A stretch of 64,000 nucleotides of DNA, taken from assembly GCA_041690355.1 (NCBI GenBank), contig JAWLHK010000006.1, positions 186,001-250,000 of the forward strand, in the 5' to 3' direction. The notes below the pieces were generated by a model that saw nothing but the letters and a program-made list of their open reading frames with translations, did no database searches and was not told the origin of the DNA. Every line of letters starts with the position of its first letter. Within the stretch, counting starts at the first letter, position 1. A program made the position numbers and the translations under genes. Origin of the DNA: a bacterium. Its GTDB lineage: Bacteria; J088; JAWLBW01. This document shows positions 27,315 through 37,311 of the stretch, in pieces.

Positions 27315-29012
27315 GTGCCTGTTCGCGTTGCGCTCGTACTGCTGCTGGCGTTCTCCTTTCTCTGGGCCCCCGGTCCCGCCCACGCCCGCGACGCGAAATA
27401 CAGTTTCGACCAGGCCCTGAACTTCGCCAACGGCATCCGCCGCAGCGATGAGAAACGCCAGCTGCGCCACTACTGGGTACGGGCCATCGAGAAATTCCAG
27501 AAGGTCGCCGATTCCTATCCGCATACGCAGGAGGCGGTCAAGTCGCAGTACCTGGTTGCCAAGCTGAACGCCGAGATGTCGGAGGTCTCGCGCATCTCCG
27601 ATGACGTCGACAGCGCCATCGCGGCCTACCGCAAGGTCGTGCGCAATTTTCCCTCCGACAGCCTGGCCGACGATGCGCAGTATGAGATCGGCGTGCTCTT
27701 TCTCGACCGCCGGGGCGATCGTACGGGCGCGTATGTGGAATTCGAGAAGGTCGTCACCCTGTTTCCGCGGGGCGACATGGCCGGCAAGGCGCGGCGCAAG
27801 CTGACCGAACTGGCCGACGCGAAACCGGCACCGAGCCTGGCGCGTACGTCGCTCGTCAACGTCAACCGCATTCTGCATTGGTCGAACCCCGACTCGACCC
27901 GCATCGCCATCTACGTCGGCGACAAGACCACTTTCAAGTACGGCTTTCTGGCCGAGAACGACGCGGCCGGCCGGCCCAGCCGCATCTACGTCGACATCGA
28001 AGGGGCCCGCCTCGACACTACGCTGCGCGAACCGATCCCCATCGGCGACGGACTGCTGGTGCAGGCGCGCGCCGGGCAGTTCAAGCCCGATACCGTTCGC
28101 GTCGTGCTCGATATGAAGAGCGTCGGCGAATTCAAAGTCTTTCCGCTCGTGAGCCCGTACCGCATCATCGTCGACGTCTACGGCGAACCGGTGCCCGGGG
28201 GCGACGCCATTCGCAACGCGCTCGAGACCGCCCGCCCGGCCGATCCGCGGCGCCCCTCGCGCGAGGTCGAGATTCACGCGCCGCCGCGCGAGGCCGCCAG
28301 CGTGCCGTTCACGAAGCAGCTCGGCCTGCAGATCAAGCGCATCGTTCTCGATCCCGGACACGGCGGCCACGACCCGGGGGCCATCGGCGTCGGCAAGATC
28401 TACGAGAAGGAGGTCGTGCTGAAGATCTCGCGCAAGGTCGCCCAGAAGCTTCGCGAGCGCCTGAACGTCGAGGTCATTCTGACGCGTGAAGACGACACGT
28501 TCATTCAGCTCGAAGGGCGTCCCGGGATTGCGCGCGCCAAGCGGGGCGATCTTTTCATCTCCATTCACGCGAACTCGGCGCGCTCGGCCAATGCCTACGG
28601 CATCGAGACCTATCATCTCGACTTCACGCGCGACGAGCAGGCGATTGCGGTGGCCGCCCGTGAAAACGCGTCGAGCGAAGCGAGCGTTTCGGAACAGGAG
28701 ACGATTCTGCGCGACCTCGTGCTGACTTCGAAGAAGAACGATTCCATCCAGCTCGCCCGCGCCGTACAGGGTTCGCTCATCGGCAACCTGTCGAAACACT
28801 ATGACGGCGTGCGGGATCTCGGCGTGAAAGGGGCTCCGTTCGTCGTGCTCATCGGCGCAAACGTTCCGGCCGTGCTGGTCGAGACCGGCTTCGTCTCGAA
28901 CCCCAAAGAGGCCAAACGGCTTCGCGACTCCGGGTACACTGATAAGATGGCCGAAGCGATCGCCGCCGGCGTCGCCCGCTACATGGAACAGTTGCGCACC
29001 GTGACATTCTGA
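27315..29012 (+). CDS. N-acetylmuramoyl-L-alanine amidase (AmiC-like) with N-terminal TPR and AMIN domains
   Basis: Signal peptide; LADDAQYEIG TPR; RIYVDI / VRVVLD AMIN; LDPGHGGHDPGA, EK, FISIHAN, VLVETGFVSN. Confidence 0.93.
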   Translation: MPVRVALVLLLAFSFLWAPGPAHARDAKYSFDQALNFANGIRRSDEKRQLRHYWVRAIEKFQKVADSYPHTQEAVKSQYLVAKLNAEMSEVSRISDDVDSAIAAYRKVVRNFPSDSLADDAQYEIGVLFLDRRGDRTGAYVEFEKVVTLFPRGDMAGKARRKLTELADAKPAPSLARTSLVNVNRILHWSNPDSTRIAIYVGDKTTFKYGFLAENDAAGRPSRIYVDIEGARLDTTLREPIPIGDGLLVQARAGQFKPDTVRVVLDMKSVGEFKVFPLVSPYRIIVDVYGEPVPGGDAIRNALETARPADPRRPSREVEIHAPPREAASVPFTKQLGLQIKRIVLDPGHGGHDPGAIGVGKIYEKEVVLKISRKVAQKLRERLNVEVILTREDDTFIQLEGRPGIARAKRGDLFISIHANSARSANAYGIETYHLDFTRDEQAIAVAARENASSEASVSEQETILRDLVLTSKKNDSIQLARAVQGSLIGNLSKHYDGVRDLGVKGAPFVVLIGANVPAVLVETGFVSNPKEAKRLRDSGYTDKMAEAIAAGVARYMEQLRTVTF

Positions 29013-29057
29013 TTTTCGTAACCCCCCGTGATCCCAACCCCATGATGGAGTTTGCGC

Positions 29058-31772
29058 ATGCGTTTTCGCGCCGATGACGGCGGGGCGTTTCTACCGGAGC
29101 TTCCTCCCGCTCCGGCCCCCGGGGCAAGTACACTCGCCGAGTGGAAGGATTACGTGCGGACCGGCCTGGCCGCCGTGGCCGCGCTGCAGCGTTCGCGCCG
29201 CCGCGGCTGGCAGGTGGCCGAAGCGATGTCGGCCTTCTGCGATCACCTGATTCGCTCGCTGCTCGAGCACATCGAGGCCGAATACTTTCACAAGTACCCG
29301 CGGGTCGAGACCCGCCTTGCCTTCGTGGCGCAAGGGGGGTATGGCCGGCGCGAGATGAGTCCGCGCAGCGACATCGATCTGATCTTCGTCTATCCGACCC
29401 GCACGAACCAGTATGTGGAGTTCGTGTCGGAGCGCATGCTGTACACGCTCTGGGATCTCGGGTTCCAGGTCGGCCACGCCATCCGCAGCATCAAGGACTG
29501 CGTGCGGCTGGGGATGCAGGACTCGACTGTGCGCACGGCACTGCTCGACCACCGTTTCGTCGCCGGCGATCGGGCGACGTTCGACGAACTGCGCCAGGCT
29601 CTGCACGGCGAGCTGCTCTTCGACAACCCGAGCCGGTTCGTCCGCGACAAGCTGCAGGAGGCCCGCGAACGGCATGCGCGCTTCGGCAATTCGACCAACG
29701 TCGTCGAGCCGCATGTCAAAGAAGGCGAAGGGAGCCTGCGCGACCTGCACACGGCACTCTGGGTGGTAAAAGTCCGTTTTCGTGTCGACGATTTCTACGG
29801 CCTCTTTCAGAAGGGGTTGCTCGGCCGCTCAGACCTGCAGGCGCTGGAGCGTGCCTGGGATTTTCTGCTGCGCGTGCGCCACGAACTGCACCTGCGCACG
29901 AACAAGAAGCACGACATCATCAACTTCGAGCTCACGGCGCCGATCGCCGAGGCCCTCGGATTCAAGACGCGCGGGGGCACGCTGGCCGCCGAAGCGTTCA
30001 TGCAGCGCTACTACTACCATGCGCGCATGGTGCTCTATCTGACCCGGGGTGTGCTCGATCGCTCGGTCGAGATTACCGAGGGGCGGCTGCGCGGCGCCTT
30101 CGGCCGCCTCGGCATCCGCGAGCTGGGTCACGGTTTCCGCACCTATCGCAAGGAACTGATTCTCAGCGAAAAAGCGCTCGTCGACAATCCAGCGAACGTC
30201 ATGCGCGCGTTTCGTTACGCGCAGAAGTTCAAGGTGCCGTTCTCACGGTCCTCGTATGATCTGCTGCGCCGCTACGCCCGTAAGATTGACCGCGGCTTCC
30301 GGCGCAATTCCGAGGTGAACGACCTGTTTCTCGAAATTCTCGGCGATCCGTCGGGCTGCTCCGAGATCATGCTGCAGATGAACGAAACGCGCGTCCTGGG
30401 CCAGTACATGCCCGAGTTCGGGAAGCAGTTCTGCCGCATGCAGTATCAGCTCTATCATCGTTACACCGTCGACGTGCACTCGTGTTTCTGCATGCGCGAG
30501 CTCGAGCGCCTGCTGCAGAACGACCCCGACGTGCCGGAGTACTACCGGGGGGTCGCGGCGCGCATTCCCGACCGGGCGCTGCTCATGCTGTCGGCGCTGG
30601 TGCATGACGTGGGCAAGGGGCGGGGCGGCGACCACTCTGTCATCGGCGCGCGCCTGGTGCGCGGCATCGGCAAGCGCATGGGGTTGAGTGCGAAGCGCAT
30701 CGATCGCCTGAGCCTGCTCGTGCGTCATCACCTGACGATGAACGCCGTTGCCCAGCGGCGCGATCTGCAGGATCCGGCGACGATCAACGATTTCGCGCAG
30801 GATGTCGGCGATATCGAGAACGTCGATATGCTCTACCTGCTGTCCTATGCCGACACGCGCGCCGTCGGGCCCAATGTGTGGAACGACTGGAAGAGTTCGC
30901 TGCTGACCGAGCTCTATGAGCGCACGCGCTGGGTTCTGGAGACGGGGGATTACCGCGGCAAGTGGATTACCAAGGAAGTGCGCGAGCGCAAGGAGCGGCT
31001 GCGCGAACTCGCCGCCGGCGCGCTCGACGTCGACGCCTTGACCTCGGTGCTTCCCGACCGGTATTTCCTCAATAACGAGCCCGAGGCCGTTCTGCGTCAT
31101 CTCGAGCTCATGCCCCGGCTGCAGGGCAAGCCCTTCGTCATCGCGCATCGCGACGTGCAGCCGGGCGTGCACGAAGTCGTGTTCCTGGGATACGACCGCC
31201 CCGGGCTCTTCTCGGTGCTTTCGGGAACCTTCCGCGCCTGTGATCTGACGATTCTCGACGCCTCGATCAACACGCTGCGCGACGGACGCGTGCTCGACGT
31301 CTACCGCGTGGCCCCCTCGGCGTCGGATCAGGTTTCGGAGAGCCGCTGGGGGCGCGTGCACGACGTGCTCGAGGGCGCGTTGGCGGGTTCGACCGACCTC
31401 GAACAGCTCGTGCGCCAGAGCCGGCAGAGTCTGCTGGCCACGGCGGGCAAGCGCCAGCTGCGCGTGCGCAATCCGCGCGTTGAGATCAACAACGCGCTTT
31501 CGCCGCAGTACACGATTGTCGATGTCTTCGCCTACGATCGCATCGGTCTGCTCTACGACATTACCCGGGAGCTGACCGCGCTCGGACTGACCATTCATCT
31601 CGCCAAGGTCGCCACGGCTGCCGACATGATCGCCGACGTCTTTTACGTGAGTAAGGTCGGCGCCGGCAAGGTGACCGATGACGCGGAACTCGATCGGATA
31701 CGCGAGCGCGTGCTTGCCGTGCTGCAGGAGCCAGAAGACCCGGCGCCGTCGCCGCGCGACGATCAGCGGTAG
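29058..31772 (+). CDS. glnD: [Protein-PII] uridylyltransferase
   Basis: GGYGRREMSPRSDIDL, EPHVKEGEGSLRD, YHRYTVDVH, HDVGKG, two ACT domains (DRPGLF, DRIGLL). Confidence 0.96.
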   Translation: MRFRADDGGAFLPELPPAPAPGASTLAEWKDYVRTGLAAVAALQRSRRRGWQVAEAMSAFCDHLIRSLLEHIEAEYFHKYPRVETRLAFVAQGGYGRREMSPRSDIDLIFVYPTRTNQYVEFVSERMLYTLWDLGFQVGHAIRSIKDCVRLGMQDSTVRTALLDHRFVAGDRATFDELRQALHGELLFDNPSRFVRDKLQEARERHARFGNSTNVVEPHVKEGEGSLRDLHTALWVVKVRFRVDDFYGLFQKGLLGRSDLQALERAWDFLLRVRHELHLRTNKKHDIINFELTAPIAEALGFKTRGGTLAAEAFMQRYYYHARMVLYLTRGVLDRSVEITEGRLRGAFGRLGIRELGHGFRTYRKELILSEKALVDNPANVMRAFRYAQKFKVPFSRSSYDLLRRYARKIDRGFRRNSEVNDLFLEILGDPSGCSEIMLQMNETRVLGQYMPEFGKQFCRMQYQLYHRYTVDVHSCFCMRELERLLQNDPDVPEYYRGVAARIPDRALLMLSALVHDVGKGRGGDHSVIGARLVRGIGKRMGLSAKRIDRLSLLVRHHLTMNAVAQRRDLQDPATINDFAQDVGDIENVDMLYLLSYADTRAVGPNVWNDWKSSLLTELYERTRWVLETGDYRGKWITKEVRERKERLRELAAGALDVDALTSVLPDRYFLNNEPEAVLRHLELMPRLQGKPFVIAHRDVQPGVHEVVFLGYDRPGLFSVLSGTFRACDLTILDASINTLRDGRVLDVYRVAPSASDQVSESRWGRVHDVLEGALAGSTDLEQLVRQSRQSLLATAGKRQLRVRNPRVEINNALSPQYTIVDVFAYDRIGLLYDITRELTALGLTIHLAKVATAADMIADVFYVSKVGAGKVTDDAELDRIRERVLAVLQEPEDPAPSPRDDQR

Positions 31773-32824
31773 ATGCCGGCCATCGCTTCGGGTTCGCCGC
31801 CGCGCACCCGGAGCCAGACAGCGCGCCAGAACGACTCGCGGGCGAGAAGGCGATCGCGCACGGCCGGCCTGGACCCGGGATGGGCGCGCAGGCGGCTGCG
31901 GGCCGCTTCGCGCACATGCGGAGACGGATCGTCCAGGGCGTTGGCGACTGGAGCGATCCAATCCCCGGCGGCGGGGCGGCAAGCCCCCACGGCCGCCGCC
32001 CGCACTTCGGCATCGCGGTGGCCGAGGCTGCGGCAGGTGCCGGCCGCCTCCACCGCATCGCCGCGTCCCAGATAACCCAACGCGCGCGCATGCACGGCCG
32101 CCGGCCAGTCCGCCAGATTCCGCTTCCCGAGGGCAACCCGCAAACGGGCGGCGTCCCAGGTGTGCAGCAGTACGAGCAGTCCCGTCTGCGTGGGGGGCAG
32201 CATCGTCGAGCGTGAAATCAGATCCAGTGCCTGGTCGTAGGCCGCATCGGGCACGGCCGCGCCCGGGATGCGCAGAAGCGCCTGCAGCGCGTCTCCCTGA
32301 AGCGGCGCATGCTCGTGCTCGAGCTGGGCGAAGAGAAACTCGAGATACGGCCCGGTTCGCGCCTCAGGGGGCAGGGCCAGCACGCGCGCGACCCCCACGA
32401 CGTAGTCTTTCAGCACCGGCTCGAGTCCGGCCGCGCGCTGCGTCTCCCAGGCGTTCTGCAGTACGCGCCAGGCGATTTCGCGCCCCTCGGCCCGGGCGGT
32501 ACGGCGCTTGAGCGCGAGCAGGTACAGCACCCCCGCTTCGTAGCGGTCGGCATGGTCGTCCCACGCGAGAATCTCGACCAGCCCTTGCGGACACGCCCCG
32601 TGCAGGCAGGCCTCGATGCGCACCGGGGTGAGCAGAAGCCTGGCGTCATTGCCGCCGGACGTGCGGCTCGCCGCCGCCGGCCGCGCCAAAACCACGGCGT
32701 CGGCCTGGGCCACGAAGGCATCCAGCGGGCGACGCCCGGTCACCAGGTGGGCCTCGGCGGCTGCGGCCAACGCCAGGCAGGCCGCCACGAACAGGAAGAC
32801 CGGAGCTGCGCACAGGCGTAACAT
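31763..32824 (-). CDS. Hypothetical secreted protein with C-terminal HEAT-like repeats
   Basis: Signal peptide MLRLCAAPVFLFVAACLALAAAAEA; RDAEVRAAA and LDDPSPHVREAA repeats; the upstream part of the 781-aa ORF is the antisense shadow of citrate synthase. Confidence 0.7.
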   Translation of the reverse strand: MLRLCAAPVFLFVAACLALAAAAEAHLVTGRRPLDAFVAQADAVVLARPAAASRTSGGNDARLLLTPVRIEACLHGACPQGLVEILAWDDHADRYEAGVLYLLALKRRTARAEGREIAWRVLQNAWETQRAAGLEPVLKDYVVGVARVLALPPEARTGPYLEFLFAQLEHEHAPLQGDALQALLRIPGAAVPDAAYDQALDLISRSTMLPPTQTGLLVLLHTWDAARLRVALGKRNLADWPAAVHARALGYLGRGDAVEAAGTCRSLGHRDAEVRAAAVGACRPAAGDWIAPVANALDDPSPHVREAARSRLRAHPGSRPAVRDRLLARESFWRAVWLRVRGGEPEAMAGIYR

Positions 32825-32962
32825 CGGCTTCAGTGTAGAGCAGGGGGGGCGGCCGATGCCAGCCGTCCGGTGGCGTCCGCGAACCCCGCCGGCCGCGCGC
32901 CGCGCCTTGGCACTGAGCAGAGCGAACGAGTAGAATGAGGGAACACCTCCCGCACTGCCGCC

Positions 32963-34078
32963 ATGAAGTTCAATCCCGGTCTCGAAGGGGTCGTCGTCGC
33001 GACGACCGAAATCACGTTCATCGACGGGTCTGAAGGGCGCCTGCTGTATCGCGGATACAACATCCACGACCTTGTGCAGGCGACGTTCGAGGAGATCGTC
33101 TACCTGCTCTGGTACGGGGATCTTCCGCGCAAAGAGGAGCTCGAGGGCCTGCGCGCGGCGCTCGTGGAGGAGCGTGAACTGCCCGGCGACATCGTCGACC
33201 TCATCGGCAGGCTGCCGACGACGGCCGTGCCGATGGAGGTACTGCGCACGATGATCAGCGCGCTGTCGGCTTACGACACCGAGGCGAACGAAGTCTCGAC
33301 CGAGGCCAACCGGCGCAAGGCGGTGCGCCTGACGTCCAAGATCGCGTCGATCGTGGCCATGTTCCACCGTATCCGCGAGGGCAAACCGGTCATCGAGCCC
33401 GATGCGGCGCTCGGTCACGCGGCCAACTTTCTCTACATGATGACCGGCCGCCGGCCCGATGAAGTCACGGCGAGCGCCTTCGACACCTGCCTCATTCTGC
33501 ACGCCGATCACGAGCTGAACGCCTCGACCTTCGGCGCGCGCGTCACCGCCTCGACCCTGTCCGATCTCTACTCGGCGATTACGACGGCCGTGGGCACGAT
33601 CAAAGGACCGTTGCACGGCGGCGCCAATGAAGCGGTCATGCGCATGCTGCTGCAGATCGGAGAAGTCGACCAGGCAGAAAAGTGGATTCTCGACGCGCTC
33701 GAGAGCCGCAGGCGCATCCCCGGTTTCGGCCATCGCATCTACAAAACCGAAGATCCGCGCGCGCCGCACCTCAAGCGCATCTCCCAGCGGCTGAGCGAGC
33801 TGAAGAACGAGCGCAAGTGGTTCGAGATGAGCCGCATCGTCGAAGACGTCATGGGCAAGGAGCGCGGGCTCTACCCCAACGTCGATTTCTACTCCGCCTC
33901 TTCCTACTACCTCATGGGCATTCCTCCGGATCTCTACGTGCCCATCTTCGCCGCCAGCCGCATCTCGGGCTGGACGGCCCACGTCTTCGAACAGTGGGCC
34001 ACGAACCGGCTCATCCGCCCCGAAGGGGAATACATCGGGCCGCTGCGTCGCCAGTACCGCCCCCTGGAGCAGCGCTGA
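32963..34078 (+). CDS. Citrate synthase / 2-methylcitrate synthase (short type)
   Basis: GLEGVV, LLYRGY, HADHELNASTF, GPLHGGAN, GFGHRIYK, YPNVDFYS. Confidence 0.96.
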   Translation: MKFNPGLEGVVVATTEITFIDGSEGRLLYRGYNIHDLVQATFEEIVYLLWYGDLPRKEELEGLRAALVEERELPGDIVDLIGRLPTTAVPMEVLRTMISALSAYDTEANEVSTEANRRKAVRLTSKIASIVAMFHRIREGKPVIEPDAALGHAANFLYMMTGRRPDEVTASAFDTCLILHADHELNASTFGARVTASTLSDLYSAITTAVGTIKGPLHGGANEAVMRMLLQIGEVDQAEKWILDALESRRRIPGFGHRIYKTEDPRAPHLKRISQRLSELKNERKWFEMSRIVEDVMGKERGLYPNVDFYSASSYYLMGIPPDLYVPIFAASRISGWTAHVFEQWATNRLIRPEGEYIGPLRRQYRPLEQR

Positions 34079-34082
34079 CCCT

Positions 34083-34925
34083 ATGCTGCCCATCCCCCGC
34101 GTCGACATCGATCAGCTGCAGCGCGAGATTCGCGCCACGCTCAAGCGGCGCCCCGCCGGTCTCGCCGTCTTCGATGCCGACGGCACGCTCTGGGCGCCCG
34201 ACATCGCCAACCGCCTGTGGCGCCGGCTGCTCGCCGATCGCGTCCTGCGCTCGCCGGGCCGCGAGGCGCTCTTCGCCGCCATGGACAAGGCGGGGCTTGC
34301 GTCGAGCGGTGATCCCCATGAGGATGCGCTCGCGCTCTTTGCCGCCTACTTCGTGGGCAAGGTGGATGAGGAGATCGTGGTGCGCATCATGATCAACGGC
34401 CTGGCCGGCCTGTCGCGCGCCGACGTGCAGACGCTGCTGCGCAAGGCGCTTCACCAGGAACATCCGCGCTGGGCCGACGAAGCCCACCTGGGCATGGCCG
34501 AACTCGTTCACGACATGCACGCCATGGGCACACGCATCGTCGTCTGCTCGGGGTCGCCGGGCTGGGCCGTCGAGGCGGGCATCGAGGCCCTGGGGCTTCC
34601 GGTCGAAAAGGTGCTTGCCGGCGAGGTGCTCGAAGCCGGCGGCTGGCTGACGACCGACATCGTCGAGCCGCTCACCTTCCGCGAGGGCAAGGGGCGTGCC
34701 TGGGACAAACACTTCCGCGAGCGGCCGCTGTTTGCGTTCGGCGACGGCACGAGCGATCTGCCGCTGTTCGAGCGGGCGCGCGCGCTGGCGGTGGCCGTGA
34801 ATCCGCGGCCGGGGCTCCTGCGCGAGCTTGATCGGTTCGGCACGCGCGCCCGCATCCTCGAGTTCCGCCGCACGGTCGGCGGGCGCTTCATTCGCGCGCC
34901 GGAACAGGACGAGTCCACCGAGTAG
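34083..34925 (+). CDS. HAD-superfamily (IB-like) hydrolase
   Basis: FDADGTLW motif I, CSGS motif II, GK motif III, FGDGTSD motif IV. Confidence 0.88.
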   Translation: MLPIPRVDIDQLQREIRATLKRRPAGLAVFDADGTLWAPDIANRLWRRLLADRVLRSPGREALFAAMDKAGLASSGDPHEDALALFAAYFVGKVDEEIVVRIMINGLAGLSRADVQTLLRKALHQEHPRWADEAHLGMAELVHDMHAMGTRIVVCSGSPGWAVEAGIEALGLPVEKVLAGEVLEAGGWLTTDIVEPLTFREGKGRAWDKHFRERPLFAFGDGTSDLPLFERARALAVAVNPRPGLLRELDRFGTRARILEFRRTVGGRFIRAPEQDESTE

Positions 34926-35022
34926 AGGCATTTGCCCCGTGGGCGAGCGCGCGCCGGGTGAGCCCCCATGCCGGAGGCGCACGGTATCCCCGCTGTTCCC
35001 GCAGACCCTTTACGCTGCGGGT

Positions 35023-35592
35023 ATGGCTGCCACGGAGATCAGGCCCGGCGACGCCCTCGTAATTCTTCACGTGCAGAACGATTTTCTGGACGAGGGGGCC
35101 TGTCCAACCCCTGATGGAGAACGGGTTCTCGACCCGCTCAACCGCCTCATCGAACGCTTCGAGGGGCGCAACCTCCCGGTGGTTCTTCTGCGTCACTGGC
35201 ACTGCCTCATCGACGAGGAGCCCGGCACCGACGGCGAGCTTCCCCGGCATTGCGTCGCCGACAGCAGGGGGGCGCAGTTTGCGTCCGGTCTGACCGTCCC
35301 TTGGGATGCCGAGGTGATCTCGCGGACCGATTGCCGTGACGAAGCCTTTCACTCCGACCTTCATGCGACCCGGTTGGGGGCCGTGCTCGAACGCGCCGGT
35401 ATCCGGCGGCTTTTCGTCGGCGGGCTGACGACCGAGGCCGCCTGGGACGCGCTGGTCAGCGATGCCCTTGCCGATGGGTACCGGGTGGTGGCGATAGCCG
35501 ACGGGATCGGCCTGCGCGAACCGCTGAGCATCGAGGCCGAATCGGCGCGGTGGGCCGCCGACGCGGTCGAGAGCGCCGACGTTTCTGCCTGA
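35023..35592 (+). CDS. Isochorismatase/nicotinamidase-fold protein with substituted catalytic residues
   Basis: ALVILHVQNDF, HWH, PRHCV, RRLFVGGLTTEAA. Confidence 0.8.
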   Translation: MAATEIRPGDALVILHVQNDFLDEGACPTPDGERVLDPLNRLIERFEGRNLPVVLLRHWHCLIDEEPGTDGELPRHCVADSRGAQFASGLTVPWDAEVISRTDCRDEAFHSDLHATRLGAVLERAGIRRLFVGGLTTEAAWDALVSDALADGYRVVAIADGIGLREPLSIEAESARWAADAVESADVSA

Positions 35593-35600
35593 GCGCGCGA

Positions 35601-36011
35601 TCAGCCGGGATGGGGGAGCGCGGCCAGCAGCAGGTCTGCCAGCAGTCTGTCGGGGAGGTTCGACGCCAGTATGCGCGCGGCGGCGAGCACGTCGGCGCGG
35701 GATTCGCGATCGGTCTGTACGAAACGGGAAGCCGGCGCCCCGAGGCCCTGAACGTCCATCTCGTCGGTCTGGCCGGTGCGCAGGGTGCCCTGTTCGAGCA
35801 CGAGCCAGCAGCCGGCAAACGTTATTTCGACGCGATCGAGCGCGCCGCCGGGTGCGAAATCGAGAAAGATGTCGGTGTAGCGGGGGCCGTGCAGCCAGCG
35901 ATGGAGAAAGCCGGGCCGCGGCTGGCGAAGATTTTCGGTCAGAATCTCGCGGGTGCCCCCGGCCAGGCGTGCGAGGTCGGCTTCAGAAAGGCCGGGGGGC
36001 AGGGCGCGCAA
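35601..36011 (-). CDS. Hypothetical protein downstream of rpmB
   Basis: Fills the gap; TTG at 36011 preceded by GAGGG; no family recognised. Confidence 0.55.
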   Translation of the reverse strand: MRALPPGLSEADLARLAGGTREILTENLRQPRPGFLHRWLHGPRYTDIFLDFAPGGALDRVEITFAGCWLVLEQGTLRTGQTDEMDVQGLGAPASRFVQTDRESRADVLAAARILASNLPDRLLADLLLAALPHPG

Positions 36012-36019
36012 GAGCGCCC

Positions 36020-36211
36020 TCAGACGGCCTTCTGCACGAATCCCGAGCGGATGCAACGAGTGCAGGCGCGCACGTGCGTCGGCGAACCGTTGACGACAGC
36101 CTTCACACGCTGCAGATTGGCGTGCCAGACCTTCTTGGTCTTGTTGTTGGCGTGGCTGACGTTGTGGCCGGTCTGATTTCCCTTGCCGCAGATGTCACAA
36201 GTACGGGCCAT
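36020..36211 (-). CDS. rpmB: 50S ribosomal protein L28 (zinc-binding C+ form)
   Basis: [10 protein letters not shown]...[20 protein letters not shown]...CTRCIRSG. Confidence 0.97.
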   Translation of the reverse strand: MARTCDICGKGNQTGHNVSHANNKTKKVWHANLQRVKAVVNGSPTHVRACTRCIRSGFVQKAV

Positions 36212-36249
36212 GATGCGAACTCCTGAAAATTCGAAAGCTTAAAAGGTTA

Positions 36250-36278
36250 AGCTTACCACGGGTTCGTGAAGTCCGCAA
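36250..36278 (-). promoter_or_regulatory. sigma70-type promoter of rpmB
   Basis: Minus strand TTGCGG-17 nt-(TG.)TAAGCT. Confidence 0.6.
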
Positions 36279-36342
36279 TGAAAAAGAAGCCCCATCCCCC
36301 CCGTCCGGGCGCAAGGCTTGCATGGCGGCTGGGGGGCGCCTG

Positions 36343-37221
36343 TTACCAGCGGACGCGGATGCCCGTGCGGCCGGCGGTCGGGTCGGCAACCGGGTTGTCG
36401 GTCGGCCGCTGCGTCGCGTCGACGGGGACCTGCTCGTGGATGGTCTCGGTACGGTCGAGCAGGTCTTCACCACTGGGCGGCGGCGGTTCGTCGCCATCTG
36501 CGCCGTCCGAGCCGTCGCCGGTCGAGCCCGGATCGCCGTCGCCGTCGGACGAGCCGGATTCGTTTTTCGGGTCGTCCTTGTCGGCAGGATTGGCGTCGAA
36601 CCCGTCGCCGGCGCTCCCCGCCTCTTCGTGGGAAACGGCGCGTGGCTGCGACGGGTTGCCGCCATTGCCCTGCCTCGACTGCTGACGGGTCGAGACGACC
36701 ACGCTGCTCTGTTCCCTGGTGTTCGCCGGCGCGAAGACGACGGTTCCTTCGATTACGGTGAGCGTCGACTGATTCGTGTTTCGATCGTGTTCGAGCACGA
36801 GCGTCGTGCCGCGCACGCCGGCGACGGCGGTCGGCGTCTGGAACTTGAAGTCGGTGGGGCCGGCGACGAATTTGCTGACGGCGGCCTTCATCTTGCCGTA
36901 CCACATGCGGAATGCGCCCCGGCGAGAAGATGTCGAGGTGGCGAAGCCGTTTACCTGAAAGCGGGTCGCGGCGCCGATGCTGATGACGCTCTCGTCGTTC
37001 AGCAGGAGCTTGGCGACGCTTGCTTTGCCCGTCGTGAGTACGTCGCCGTTGTACACGCTCGCGCCCTGGGGCAGCCGGTAGCGCTTGCCGCCGCGCTCGA
37101 GCTGCACGGTTCCGGCGACGGCCGCAATCTTGCCGACGGGCGCCGGCGCCGCGGCCCGGGCGTCAGACAGCAGTACGGTGACCGAGAACAGCAGACTGAG
37201 AACGATTGCGATCGGCTTCAT
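36343..37221 (-). CDS. Secreted FecR-domain protein with acidic Gly/Asp tail
   Basis: Signal peptide; VYNGDVLTTG, FQTPTAVAGVRGT, VIEGTV; AAGGAG SD. Confidence 0.88.
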   Translation of the reverse strand: MKPIAIVLSLLFSVTVLLSDARAAAPAPVGKIAAVAGTVQLERGGKRYRLPQGASVYNGDVLTTGKASVAKLLLNDESVISIGAATRFQVNGFATSTSSRRGAFRMWYGKMKAAVSKFVAGPTDFKFQTPTAVAGVRGTTLVLEHDRNTNQSTLTVIEGTVVFAPANTREQSSVVVSTRQQSRQGNGGNPSQPRAVSHEEAGSAGDGFDANPADKDDPKNESGSSDGDGDPGSTGDGSDGADGDEPPPPSGEDLLDRTETIHEQVPVDATQRPTDNPVADPTAGRTGIRVRW

Positions 37222-37311
37222 GGGCGCTCCTTGGACGGGCTCGCAGGCAGACGCTGACGCGGCCGCCTTATGTTTATACCGCACACCGGCGTGCGAAGCA
37301 CGTGACGGCCG

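Noticed and set aside
32825-34108. N-terminal 428 aa of the 781-aa minus ORF
   Set aside because: Shadow of citrate synthase; the real gene starts at 32824 with a signal peptide
36307-36323. sigma54-like GG-N10-GC (GGGCGCAAGGCTTGCAT)
   Set aside because: Poor -24 match and it points into the 3' end of an opposite-strand gene
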